DNA of 59,367 bases from the IMG/VR virus record IMGVR_UViG_3300037244_000010, positions 1-59,367 of that record; one strand, written 5' to 3'. The position numbers and the translations under genes were made by a program. Source of the DNA: a virus. Its lineage: Duplodnaviria > Caudoviricetes. Under the pieces are notes generated by a model. The model saw only the letters and a program-made list of their open reading frames with translations, did no database searches and was not told the DNA's origin. Shown here one piece after another: positions 43,153 to 52,590 of the stretch; position 1 is the first letter of the stretch; each line of letters begins with the position of its first letter.

Positions 43153-43884
43153 ATGCGCCCTATCTCCATCACCATCGGCATAATCTCCGCAGCCTTGCTC
43201 GGCTTGACCGTGTGGGGAGCGTTCGGGATATCGCACCATTTGATCGTGGCCGTAGACAAGTGGGGAAACTCCGCGCCGGGGCCAGAATTTTCACAAACAA
43301 TCAAGGACGCGCACCAGGGCATTTTAGACGTTACAGCCGAGAGTCGCGACGTTACCATTGCCGTGCTCAAGCCGTGCAAGTTGGGGCGCCCTGAAACTTG
43401 TGGACTGATTCCGGCGGTTCGGATGACGGTGCAAGACACCGGCGCAGCTGTCCAGACAATGCAACAGCAGGTGGCACAGACGCAACCGCTCATCACGGCG
43501 GCGGCGCAGAACCTCAATCTGGCTGGCGATGCGGTAAAGGATACAGCGGGACACCTGTCTAAGACGGCTGACGCGGCCACTGTAGCCATTCAGACAGTCA
43601 CGATAGATGCCAAGACGGCCAACGACTTGCTGATGCAGTTGAGGCCCCTCATAGCCAGCTACACAGCCACCGGAAATGACCTGGATACCACTATCAAAAC
43701 CGCCAACGACATCATGGCAAGTCCAAACGTCACGATCATGCTGGCGAACGGAGCGCAGTTCACTACCACGGCGGTTCAGCTTGAGCAAAAGTTGGCTCAA
43801 TGCACGCTACACCCAACGCTTCCTTGCGTGCTAAAGAGCGACATTCTCTTCGGAGCACAGGTGGGCGGTTACCTTTTGAGATGA
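43153..43884 (+). CDS. Membrane-anchored coiled-coil protein (spanin-like)
   Basis: GGAGGT RBS; N-terminal TM then long helical region with two Cys pairs. Confidence 0.55.
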   Translation: MRPISITIGIISAALLGLTVWGAFGISHHLIVAVDKWGNSAPGPEFSQTIKDAHQGILDVTAESRDVTIAVLKPCKLGRPETCGLIPAVRMTVQDTGAAVQTMQQQVAQTQPLITAAAQNLNLAGDAVKDTAGHLSKTADAATVAIQTVTIDAKTANDLLMQLRPLIASYTATGNDLDTTIKTANDIMASPNVTIMLANGAQFTTTAVQLEQKLAQCTLHPTLPCVLKSDILFGAQVGGYLLR

Positions 43885-43940
43885 GCTTAGGAGTCAAATT
43901 CAACATGTAGGAGGATTGCGGTAGTAGTCAGAGCAAAGAG

Positions 43941-43970
43941 AGGGTCACCTTCGGGTGGCCTTTTCTTTTT
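43941..43970 (+). terminator. Intrinsic terminator ending the late region
   Basis: agggtcacc-TTCG-ggtggcctt followed by ttcttttt. Confidence 0.85.
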
Positions 43971-44015
43971 GATAAATAGTCAAAAGTGAAGCAAAATATG
44001 GTTTATAATGCAAAA

Positions 44016-47000
44016 ATGATCGACTTATCAACTCGCCTCCTTCTACTCAACCGCAGGACCCGGATTCAGCGTCCTGTAGAGAATCTGAATGCTTATCAAG
44101 AGGTCTACACCTCACTTTCCAGCCTTCAAGATGAGGCGGTGATGTGCCCGCGGTCGATGAAAGAGCCGATGCGGGAGGCCATGGAGCGCGTCCGGTCAGA
44201 GGTGGGAGACTTGGACGAGTTCGTGGCCCGCGAACTGGAGTACCCCTCGGTCAAGGAGATGCAGAGCTACTTCATGGGCCTCCAGGTCGATTCGATTGCC
44301 CTGGCCATCTGGCAGATCAGGAAACAGAAGTCGCTTATCGACGCGGACCAGACCGGAGTTGGCAAGGGCAGAGTAGCGGCGGCCGTCTGCCGGTGGACGA
44401 TCCTCCATGGCCTTCTGCCGATCTTCGTCACCTACTCAGATACCCTCTTCACCGACTTCCAGCGGGATCTTGACGACATTGGCTTCGGGACGAGCGTCTG
44501 GCCGCTGCTCTTCAATGCGGGGGCGTCGATAACCGAGCAGGCAACAGGACGCAAGATATTCGCTAACAAGAGCAGCATGAAAGGGGTCCTGACTCGCATA
44601 TCCGAGACGGGCGGGCTGCCCCGTGCCCGCAATGCCGTATACCTGACCTACTCGCAGATCAACACGATCAACATCCAGCAGGAGGCCCTGAGCCGGTTGG
44701 CGCCGAAAGCCGTCTTCATCCTTGACGAGTCCCACAACGCCGGCGGCGACGACTCGAACACTGGCACATTCTTCCAGGAGGTTCTGCCCGCGGCGCACGG
44801 CGTGATGTTCATGTCGGCAACGTGGGCGAAGCGGCCGGACAATATGACGCTCTACGCGACAAAGACAGACATCTCGATTGCAATTCACGACAACCAGCGC
44901 GTCTCTGACGCCATCCGCGCCGGCGGTCCACCCCTACAGACTGTCGTGAGCCATCAGCTCGCCCAGGCAGGCCAACTCGTGCGGCGTGAGCGGTCCTTTG
45001 AGGGCATAAGCATCTTGAATTTCATTGACGACCGGAATCAGCTTTATCAAGAGCAGGTGTGCGACGATGTGACAGAAGTCCTGCGGGCCATATTCAAGGC
45101 GGATCAGGACTATCATCAGAACGATTTCGAGACGTTGCGCCTCCAGTACAAGAAGCGGCACATCAAAATCTACCACCACAAGTTCAGCGCCATCGTCCAC
45201 AACATCGTGAAGCAGTTCCTCCTGGCCTTGAAGTCGGACGCGGCGGCGGATTGCGCCATCGAAGCGCTCGGCCGCGGAGAGAAGCCGATTGTGGCCCTTG
45301 AGAGCACCATGGGGGCGTTCCTCGACAGCTATGTGAGCGCGGCGAACCTGAGCGAGGGCGAAGTGCTTGATAAGCTCTCATGGTCCACCATCCTCAGACG
45401 TGCGCTCGACAGGACCCTCCACTACACCATCAAGACCTCAATGGGCAATGACCGTCAAGAGTTCCCGCGCCATCTGCTCTATGTCGAGACGGAGGCCAAG
45501 TACCGGGAGGCTGAGCGGCTGCTGGACGCCCTTGCGGTGACGTTGCCAGTTTCGCCTATCGACTGGATCAGGACTCGCATCACGCAAGCTGGCTTTACCG
45601 TGGCAGAGATTACGGGGCGTTCCTACCGAATCAACTATGCGGGCCCCGTCCCGGTTCTGTCTTCAGTGCCGTCCAGCGAACGCAAGGACCGCGTGCAGAC
45701 GGGGAGCTTATTCAACAATGGCGGTGTCGATTGTCTCATCCTCAACCAGGCCGGTTCTACGGGAATCAGCCTTCACGCCTCCGAGAAGTTCAAAGACCAG
45801 CATCAGCGGCACATGATCGTTGCCCAGCCGGCCGGCGACGTGAACGTGTTCATGCAGATCCTCGGACGTTCGAACAGGACCGGCCAGATGGTCCTGCCAA
45901 GGTACACGATGCTCTCCCTGGCCATCCCCGCAGAGATTCGCCCGGCCATCAGCCTCGCCAAGAAACTGAAGAGCCTGAACGCCAACACGTCGAGCAACAC
46001 GCGGTCGGCAATGTCGATTGAGGCGCCAGACATGATGAACAAGTACGGCGACAAGATCGTGGCGGAATGGCTGCACGAGAATGAGCAGATTGCCCGTCTC
46101 ATGGGCCTCACGATGGACAAGTCGGAAGAGGAAGGGGGTACTCCAGAGGAGGACCTGGCGCGCACGGCAACAGGACGCTCGGCATTGCTTCCCGTCAAAG
46201 AGCAGCGCGAGTTCATGGAGACGATCACCGAAAGCTACACGGACTACATCGCCTACCTCGACGAAACCGGGCAGAACGACCTTGAACCCAAGACCTACAA
46301 CTTCGATGCAGAGCATAAGACCTCGCACGTCATATATGTTGGGTCTGATCCTTCATCGCCATTCGGGGAAGATGCCATCTTCGGAACCTACTCAATCAAG
46401 CGTCAAGGCAAGTCCTACACCCCGGAAGAGGTCGAGGAACTCATTGCACAGACTTATGGTCCTGACCTCATGAAGTACGAGCCATGGCAGCGGGACACGT
46501 ACCACGCGCGGGCCTTGAGCGCACACCTTGAGGGCTTGTTCAAGCCATACATTGAGGGCGTGGAAGCCCCACACATCTTTGATCGAGCGCAGAAAATCAG
46601 GGAATGGTCACGGTCGATATTGAACGACTTCCGAATGGGAACAGGACTCAGAATCGAAATCAACGGAGACACCTACAACGGCATCATCTACGACATTCGC
46701 GGCCGCAAGAAAGTAAGCGGAAACCCCTACGCTCCCAGTTCGCTGAAGTTCTACATTGCAGTCAACGGGCCTTTGCGCGAGGTGCGCGTACCTGGCTCGC
46801 AGATCAAGAAGATTACGCTGTCGAACCTTGGACGCAATGCGGATATTGCTGAACTGTTTCAGGACTATCTAAGCGACACTCGGCAGCGCGCCAAGATCAT
46901 CACCGGGAATCTGCTGGGAGCTTATGGGCAGTTGAAGCCGGGGAGCAAGGGAAGAATTATCACGTTCACAAAGCATGAGGGCGGCACAGAGCAGGGAATC

Positions 47001-47057
47001 TTGATGCCAGCACGGTTCGATTGGGAGAAGGACGTCACCCCGCAGAAGCTCGATTGA
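44016..47057 (+). CDS. Strawberry-notch-family SF2 helicase-like protein
   Basis: DQTGVGKGR, TYSQ, LDESHNA, MSATWAK, AEITGR, GSTGISLHAS, QILGRSNRTGQ; TATAAT 6 nt before ATG suggests a leaderless mRNA. Confidence 0.88.
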   Translation: MIDLSTRLLLLNRRTRIQRPVENLNAYQEVYTSLSSLQDEAVMCPRSMKEPMREAMERVRSEVGDLDEFVARELEYPSVKEMQSYFMGLQVDSIALAIWQIRKQKSLIDADQTGVGKGRVAAAVCRWTILHGLLPIFVTYSDTLFTDFQRDLDDIGFGTSVWPLLFNAGASITEQATGRKIFANKSSMKGVLTRISETGGLPRARNAVYLTYSQINTINIQQEALSRLAPKAVFILDESHNAGGDDSNTGTFFQEVLPAAHGVMFMSATWAKRPDNMTLYATKTDISIAIHDNQRVSDAIRAGGPPLQTVVSHQLAQAGQLVRRERSFEGISILNFIDDRNQLYQEQVCDDVTEVLRAIFKADQDYHQNDFETLRLQYKKRHIKIYHHKFSAIVHNIVKQFLLALKSDAAADCAIEALGRGEKPIVALESTMGAFLDSYVSAANLSEGEVLDKLSWSTILRRALDRTLHYTIKTSMGNDRQEFPRHLLYVETEAKYREAERLLDALAVTLPVSPIDWIRTRITQAGFTVAEITGRSYRINYAGPVPVLSSVPSSERKDRVQTGSLFNNGGVDCLILNQAGSTGISLHASEKFKDQHQRHMIVAQPAGDVNVFMQILGRSNRTGQMVLPRYTMLSLAIPAEIRPAISLAKKLKSLNANTSSNTRSAMSIEAPDMMNKYGDKIVAEWLHENEQIARLMGLTMDKSEEEGGTPEEDLARTATGRSALLPVKEQREFMETITESYTDYIAYLDETGQNDLEPKTYNFDAEHKTSHVIYVGSDPSSPFGEDAIFGTYSIKRQGKSYTPEEVEELIAQTYGPDLMKYEPWQRDTYHARALSAHLEGLFKPYIEGVEAPHIFDRAQKIREWSRSILNDFRMGTGLRIEINGDTYNGIIYDIRGRKKVSGNPYAPSSLKFYIAVNGPLREVRVPGSQIKKITLSNLGRNADIAELFQDYLSDTRQRAKIITGNLLGAYGQLKPGSKGRIITFTKHEGGTEQGILMPARFDWEKDVTPQKLD

Positions 47058-49388
47058 GTCCTGCGGGGTGTTGGGTTCCTGTGCGTCCTCTGCGGCTTCC
47101 CCGGTGACGTAGGAATACGGATCATCATTCAACTCTTCTTCTGACACTTCCTCTTGCTCTGCGAACAGTCCGGCATTGCTTGCCAGCGCCCGGTCAAGGT
47201 TGCGGCACGCCTGATTGTAGTAAGACTTTTTCAGTTCACTTCCAAGGAACTTGCGGCCCATCTCCAGAGCAACAAACCCTTCAGAACCGATGCCAGCGAA
47301 CGGACTCCAAACCACATCGCCGGGATTCGTCCACAGTTTGACGGCGCGGCGGATAACTTCAAGCTGCAAAGGGCAGATGTGGCGTTCGTCGTTGTGTTCC
47401 CGAGCCGAACGATATTGCAGCGTATCCGATGGGTTTATGTCCATCCAAATCGGGCTGGCATACTGCTGCCACAGTTGGACGGGAAACTCCTCGGCGGTGT
47501 GTGCGCAGCGTTCGGGATTATCCCCCGGCTTCCTCATGGTCACAAGATAGTCAGGCACGCCCTGGCGGCTCATGGTAGAGTCCTTGCGAATCTGCTTGTG
47601 GAGTAGCCCGAGAGCCTTCGTACGCTGCATGGCGGTAACTGGGTCTTTCCAGATGCAGACCTCAGAATGGTAGATGAACCCCACTTCCTCAAATGCGCGG
47701 ATGATCTCGCCCCTGAAGTCCCGCAAGCCGATATGACCATCCCTGACCTTTGACGTAGGCAGGTTCATGCAATGAATGGAAACCAACCTGCCGGGCATCA
47801 ATGCGCGGTACTGCTCTTTGATGAGGAAACGGTAGTGGCGCCAGAACTCGTCATGGTCTTTGCTGTTTCCCAAGTCCCGCTCCGAATTGCTGTATGTGTA
47901 GAGTGAAGCGAACGGAGGCGAGTAGACGGAATAGTGGATGCTGTTGTCGGGAAGCTCCCGCGCAAGATCAACGCAGTCAGCAAGGTGCATTGTCCAGTTT
48001 TCGGAAGTCTTCACTTCGCGCTCATAGGTCGATTCGCTGCGCACGGTGCCTACCAGATTCATGCGTGTCAAGTCCTGCATGTTTTCCTGCATCTCTTCTG
48101 CCATCTGCTCTGACTCCCTTTCTTTACGCTTCAGATTTTCAAGTACGTTTCCCTCTGTCGATGCTGCGATGATGTGAACGTGGACGGGTTCATCCTGGCC
48201 AAACCTCCAGCATCGCCGGATTGCCTGAAAGAACTGCTCCCATGAATCGTTCACTCCGGCGAAGATCATGTGTGAGCAAACCTGATAGTTCACACCGAAA
48301 CCTAAGATGGAAGCCTTGGAAACCATGCGCTTGATCTTTCCTTGTGCAAACTCCAGTGACCGAGCAGCCTTCACTTCTGGCGTGTCCGATCCCGTCAATT
48401 CAACCCCATCGATACTTGCGGCTGCCATCTCGCTTTCCTTGTTCAAATTCGTCCAGACGAGCCAAGTTTCGTCAGGTTCCGCGTCAACGACTAGCTTGAC
48501 TTCCATGATCCGATCAATGACAGTGGACCTCCGCGCATTCAGCCTCTCGGAAAGTGTCTCAGCGGGCATCGCGAACAACATCCCTTCGCTCGGCGTGTCT
48601 ACGCCCACGATGTGTTCGTGGTAGACCAGTTCCGGCAGGATGAAAGGCCCATCGTCGTATCCCACATCTGAAGGCTTGCGGATGTTGACAGCCCAGGAGC
48701 AAACCCACTTCCAGAACTCCGCCCGAGCATGGCCCTTGAGCCTCCACTTCTGCGTCTCTCCGCCGTCGTGCGTGAAGAACATGGAAAGCATCTCAGTGGC
48801 CGTCATGACGCCCAAGAACTCCGCATGGTTGCCAAGCTCCATATGATCGTTCGGGGCAGGTGTGGCGGTCGCAGCGAGCCGGTACGGGGTATCCTTGAAC
48901 ACTTCAATGAGTGCGGAACGAGTCGCGCCATCGAAAGACTTCAGGATGCTGGATTCATCAAGCACTACTCCCGCGAAGTCGGAAGGGTCGAAGTTATCCA
49001 TGCGTTCATAGTTCGTGACGATGATGGATTCCGTGACAAGTTCTCCGTGATCGTAGAACTTTCCGTTGTGCGCGACATAATCCTTGCAGTACCTAACTTT
49101 GATGCCGAACTTCGCCCCCTCTGTGACCATCTGGTAAGCCACAGCCAGAGGTGCGAGAATCAGGACCGGCATACCGGTATGTTCTGACACGACGCGCGCC
49201 CACTCTTCCTCAATGAGCGTCTTCCCCATGCCGGTGCCAAGGAATGCGGCCGCCCGTCCAAGGCGAAGCGCCCATGAGCACACGTCGCGCTGATGCGGAA
49301 ACATGGATGGATTCAGCGGAGGAACGGTAGTCAAACCGGAGACAATCGGCGTGAACCGCTTCGCTTTCAGAAACTCTTCATAGTTCAT
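46869..49388 (-). CDS. SF2 helicase - DNA methyltransferase (beta-class N4C/N6A) fusion
   Basis: GTGMGKT, LDESS, TATPAPND, QAIRRCWRFGQ; then SPPF and SPFAGIGSEG. Confidence 0.9.
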   Translation of the reverse strand: MNYEEFLKAKRFTPIVSGLTTVPPLNPSMFPHQRDVCSWALRLGRAAAFLGTGMGKTLIEEEWARVVSEHTGMPVLILAPLAVAYQMVTEGAKFGIKVRYCKDYVAHNGKFYDHGELVTESIIVTNYERMDNFDPSDFAGVVLDESSILKSFDGATRSALIEVFKDTPYRLAATATPAPNDHMELGNHAEFLGVMTATEMLSMFFTHDGGETQKWRLKGHARAEFWKWVCSWAVNIRKPSDVGYDDGPFILPELVYHEHIVGVDTPSEGMLFAMPAETLSERLNARRSTVIDRIMEVKLVVDAEPDETWLVWTNLNKESEMAAASIDGVELTGSDTPEVKAARSLEFAQGKIKRMVSKASILGFGVNYQVCSHMIFAGVNDSWEQFFQAIRRCWRFGQDEPVHVHIIAASTEGNVLENLKRKERESEQMAEEMQENMQDLTRMNLVGTVRSESTYEREVKTSENWTMHLADCVDLARELPDNSIHYSVYSPPFASLYTYSNSERDLGNSKDHDEFWRHYRFLIKEQYRALMPGRLVSIHCMNLPTSKVRDGHIGLRDFRGEIIRAFEEVGFIYHSEVCIWKDPVTAMQRTKALGLLHKQIRKDSTMSRQGVPDYLVTMRKPGDNPERCAHTAEEFPVQLWQQYASPIWMDINPSDTLQYRSAREHNDERHICPLQLEVIRRAVKLWTNPGDVVWSPFAGIGSEGFVALEMGRKFLGSELKKSYYNQACRNLDRALASNAGLFAEQEEVSEEELNDDPYSYVTGEAAEDAQEPNTPQDSIELLRGDVLLPIEPCWHQDSLLCAALMLCERDNSSLAPRLQLPISSQQIPGDDLGALPSVA

Positions 49389-49740
49389 GATCTTTCCTTT
49401 CGATGTGTGGTTTGCTTCCGTGCTGATGTTCAAACTGGTGACATCTCCAACAACTCCAGCGATGCTTCTGGCCTGTCTCTTCTGATTCAAACCATCCGAA
49501 CCGACTCTTAGATTTCAGGTGGCTCAGTTGCCCTTGGTGTTCCTCGTCGTCCAGTGCGTTGAGCGGCGCATATCCGAGGCAGTGAGGCCCGTTGTGAAGC
49601 TCACACATGCCGCCAGCGCGCAAATAGCAGTCCAACCTGGCCGATTGCTTCTCTTCGCTGGTCGGCTGCCCCTTGCGCATCCCTGGCCGTTTCTTGCGTA
49701 CTGGCGTGTAGCGTTTGAGTGGAGTCCTACGAGCAATCAT
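49378..49740 (-). CDS. HNH-like/Zn-binding nuclease-like protein
   Basis: RRTPLKR N-terminus; CE...C...H...CWRCH. Confidence 0.6.
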   Translation of the reverse strand: MIARRTPLKRYTPVRKKRPGMRKGQPTSEEKQSARLDCYLRAGGMCELHNGPHCLGYAPLNALDDEEHQGQLSHLKSKSRFGWFESEETGQKHRWSCWRCHQFEHQHGSKPHIERKDHEL

Positions 49741-49937
49741 TCCGCCTCTTCTTTCTGGCTTACACCTAACAGCAATCGGCGCGCTTCATCGTTCTGGCAG
49801 AGTGACACTTGAACTATGTAGCGGTTGAGGAGCGTTTTTTGCTTCACGGATAGTTCGTACCGTTGAGCATAGGCATCAATCACCGCATCAGATGGACTTC
49901 CGCTCCCCGGCGTCTTCGGTTTTCTTTTGATCGGCAT
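49737..49937 (-). CDS. Hypothetical protein
   Basis: Coupled ORF. Confidence 0.55.
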   Translation of the reverse strand: MPIKRKPKTPGSGSPSDAVIDAYAQRYELSVKQKTLLNRYIVQVSLCQNDEARRLLLGVSQKEEAE

Positions 49938-50023
49938 CTTTCCCTTTCCATACGTTCTTCTTGAGGTATTTGGTTATGCCAGCAAGTTGCTGCTGGATGA
50001 GGTTCAAATCAACATCAGGACGC

Positions 50024-51379
50024 TCACGCATAGTAGTCCTGCCCTTCATAGTCAATTTCCGCTTCTGCCTCAAAGCAAAGTTTGCGCGGATTAAACTCTC
50101 CGTCTACATTCCCAGGTGAACCGCCGCCACGGATGAGGGCTAGATTGATATTTGCCTTCCGCGTCATCTTCAGCGTTTCTTTGTCCTGATACCGATGCAA
50201 AAGGACCATGGCAAAGCAGTCTTGCAGCGGCTTCTTGCTCTCGCTTATGTCGCCCGGCTGCGGCCGCTTGTCGGCAAACTCTCTCGGTACTTCGCCAAGC
50301 TGGAAGAGGTTGAGCAGTGCTGCGTTCTTGTGCTGCTTGATCTTCTTGCGCAGCCGCTCCGAGTTCTCGACGTAGCGCTTTCGGATGTCCCGATCTCCGC
50401 CGGCTATCAGCCCGAAGTGATCCAAGACAAACAGCACATCACCATCCTTGCGCGCTTCCCGGTCGATGGCCCAGCATATTTGGTCACAGTCCATGTCGCC
50501 GTCATAGATGGTCAGCGGCCATTCGCCGATGGTGTAAAGCCCCTGCATCACGAGCGATTGCTGTTCTGGAGTCCTGAGTTCGGGCTTGACCACTACGATG
50601 TTCGGAAGATCCACAACGTGAGGCACGAGGTTCAATTCCACTTCCTCGTGGTCCATTTCCAGCGAGAACCACACGACGCGAGTCCCGCGTAGGCAGTTGT
50701 ATGCCGCTGACAGGACTCCCATGCCTGTCTTGCCCACCTTTGGCCGCGCTGCAACGATGGTGTACCTCCCCTTCCGGTATCCGCCGCCCATCTTTGCGTC
50801 AAGCCATGCGTTGCCGGTCGGGATGCCCCGCGGCGTCTTCTCCGTGTACTCCCGAACTACCCTGTCCATCAGTTCGACGATGTGGCTCTGAATCGGGGCC
50901 TTGTTTGACTGCATAGCAGGTTCGGCCAGTTTCTCGATCTTGCCGGCCATGTCCGCGGCAACTTCCAGCGCTGTTTCGCTTTGGTCCTGAGCCCGCTGGA
51001 TTGCATCGCTTGACAGGACTATCAAACTCCGGAGCATCGACTTGTCTTTTACGATCCGGATATACTCGTCAATCACCGGGCGCCGCGGCAAACCCTCCGT
51101 GAGCGCCGCCATGTAGGCAACGCCGCCCACCGCTTCAGTTTCATGAGTCCTGCTGAGTTCATTGGCCAGCGTCACAATATCGATTGCCGAGTTGGCATCT
51201 GCCAGTCGCTTCATTGCCGAGCCGATGCGCCGATGCGAGTCAAGGCTAAAGTCCGCAGGACGCAAACGAATTGCAATCTCTGGCCATGCGGCGTTATCAA
51301 GCAAGCACGCCCCAAGCAAGGTGCGCTCTGCGTCAACATTGCATGGCAGCATGGAATCAAGTGTGAGGTCCACATTCAC
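50024..51379 (-). CDS. dnaB: Replicative DNA helicase DnaB-like
   Basis: AERTLLGACLLDN..DFSLDSHRRI N-domain; AARPKVGKT, FSLEM, VLDH. Confidence 0.92.
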   Translation of the reverse strand: MNVDLTLDSMLPCNVDAERTLLGACLLDNAAWPEIAIRLRPADFSLDSHRRIGSAMKRLADANSAIDIVTLANELSRTHETEAVGGVAYMAALTEGLPRRPVIDEYIRIVKDKSMLRSLIVLSSDAIQRAQDQSETALEVAADMAGKIEKLAEPAMQSNKAPIQSHIVELMDRVVREYTEKTPRGIPTGNAWLDAKMGGGYRKGRYTIVAARPKVGKTGMGVLSAAYNCLRGTRVVWFSLEMDHEEVELNLVPHVVDLPNIVVVKPELRTPEQQSLVMQGLYTIGEWPLTIYDGDMDCDQICWAIDREARKDGDVLFVLDHFGLIAGGDRDIRKRYVENSERLRKKIKQHKNAALLNLFQLGEVPREFADKRPQPGDISESKKPLQDCFAMVLLHRYQDKETLKMTRKANINLALIRGGGSPGNVDGEFNPRKLCFEAEAEIDYEGQDYYA

Positions 51380-51897
51380 TCTGGCCTCGTCCCGTCCCGG
51401 TAGATTTTCGGAACCCCGCAAGCTGCAAGAAACATGGCCGGAGTGGGCATTCTCTTCATCGTTTCATCCTGGCTCAGGACTCGATAAGCCGTGTCCATGT
51501 CCTGATCTGTCCGATGGCCGGCGCGCTCCTCGTAGAGCAAAAGCAGTTCCTCGTCGACCGTCACGCCAAAGATGCGCGCTAGTTTCGCCACAATTCCCCT
51601 CAGATGCCTTTGCGGGTGCCGGATGGACCGGATGGCCACCAGAAGCGTACCGTAGTCAGGGCAGGCAGTTTCTCGCTCACGGCGGGGGCTCTCTGCGATC
51701 TTTTGGATGGTTGCAATCACATCCTCAAAGGGTTCCGTCAATAGTCCTGCCGCGAAAGTCTCCAGCGTCTTCGAGTCGTACTCCCCGTTCCTCCTGAGCG
51801 CCAGAACTCCCAGCGCCGCGATGATCTCTTCCTTTGGAGATAGCCTCTCGAACTGCGTCAACTGTCCGACTTGCTTTCGTGCCAATCTGCTTTCCAT
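51376..51897 (-). CDS. Putative helicase loader/inhibitor (lambda P/G39P-like), start uncertain
   Basis: Directly before dnaB; two similar helical units ending ..CPDYGTLL and ..MPTPAMFL. Confidence 0.55.
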   Translation of the reverse strand: MESRLARKQVGQLTQFERLSPKEEIIAALGVLALRRNGEYDSKTLETFAAGLLTEPFEDVIATIQKIAESPRRERETACPDYGTLLVAIRSIRHPQRHLRGIVAKLARIFGVTVDEELLLLYEERAGHRTDQDMDTAYRVLSQDETMKRMPTPAMFLAACGVPKIYRDGTRPE

Positions 51898-52204
51898 TGC
51901 TTCCCCCGTTGGGTTTCTGCCACTCGGCAGGGTCATCAAAATAGCGTTCTTGATTGAACCAGGTTGCGGGATGAGGGCGGAAGTCTTCGGGTCCTGGCGG
52001 CTTTTGTCCTGCTGGCGACCGCGCGTACTCGGTTGCTTTCTTCCAGAGGAACCGCCTAGCCGTCTCGGAGTCCATGGCGATATATTCATCGCACCCTCTG
52101 CGCAGCCGGTCAACTGCCTTGCGAATGGCCTTGATTGCGGCGGCGGGGGCAACATGCCGCGAATAGGCAAGATATATCGCTCGTTCCTGCTCTTGCTCGG
52201 TCAC
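51725..52204 (-). CDS. Replication-initiator C-terminal-like domain protein
   Basis: AYSRHVA..AIKA..FRPHPATWFNQERY motif typical of phage O-like initiator C-termini. Confidence 0.65.
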   Translation of the reverse strand: MTEQEQERAIYLAYSRHVAPAAAIKAIRKAVDRLRRGCDEYIAMDSETARRFLWKKATEYARSPAGQKPPGPEDFRPHPATWFNQERYFDDPAEWQKPNGGSNGKQIGTKASRTVDAVREAISKGRDHRGAGSSGAQEERGVRLEDAGDFRGRTIDGTL

Positions 52205-52413
52205 TATCCCCTCCTGAATTCATCGCGGTCAGGGCATGTAACGAAGTGAGCGACGGCAGGACTCGAACCCTTCTCCATGAGGTTGAAAGGCATCTTCTTG
52301 CCCTTTGGCGTGAACCACCATTCGACCTCAGCATTGCATCCACGGCACCGCGCATGGTTATCAAACCGATAGCCGGCCAATTTCAAAGCATCAAAATCTT
52401 GCGGAAATGGCAT
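52204..52413 (-). CDS. Small Zn-finger protein
   Basis: CRGC..W..T..GKKMP..HFVTCP; GGAGGG RBS. Confidence 0.75.
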   Translation of the reverse strand: MPFPQDFDALKLAGYRFDNHARCRGCNAEVEWWFTPKGKKMPFNLMEKGSSPAVAHFVTCPDRDEFRRG

Positions 52414-52590
52414 CCTGTTCCCTCCTTCAAGGGGTCGGGAGCGGCAGTGAAGGACTACCGCCCCCTGACCAGAGGAGCAACCCTCTGGGTGAGGTCCGTT
52501 GCTGGCGCGCGGGACTTATTAAAGGTAATTCGCGCCAGTTCGGGAGTCAAGAAAAATCAGACTAAAGTTTGTCAAGGTGACGAGTTTGGT

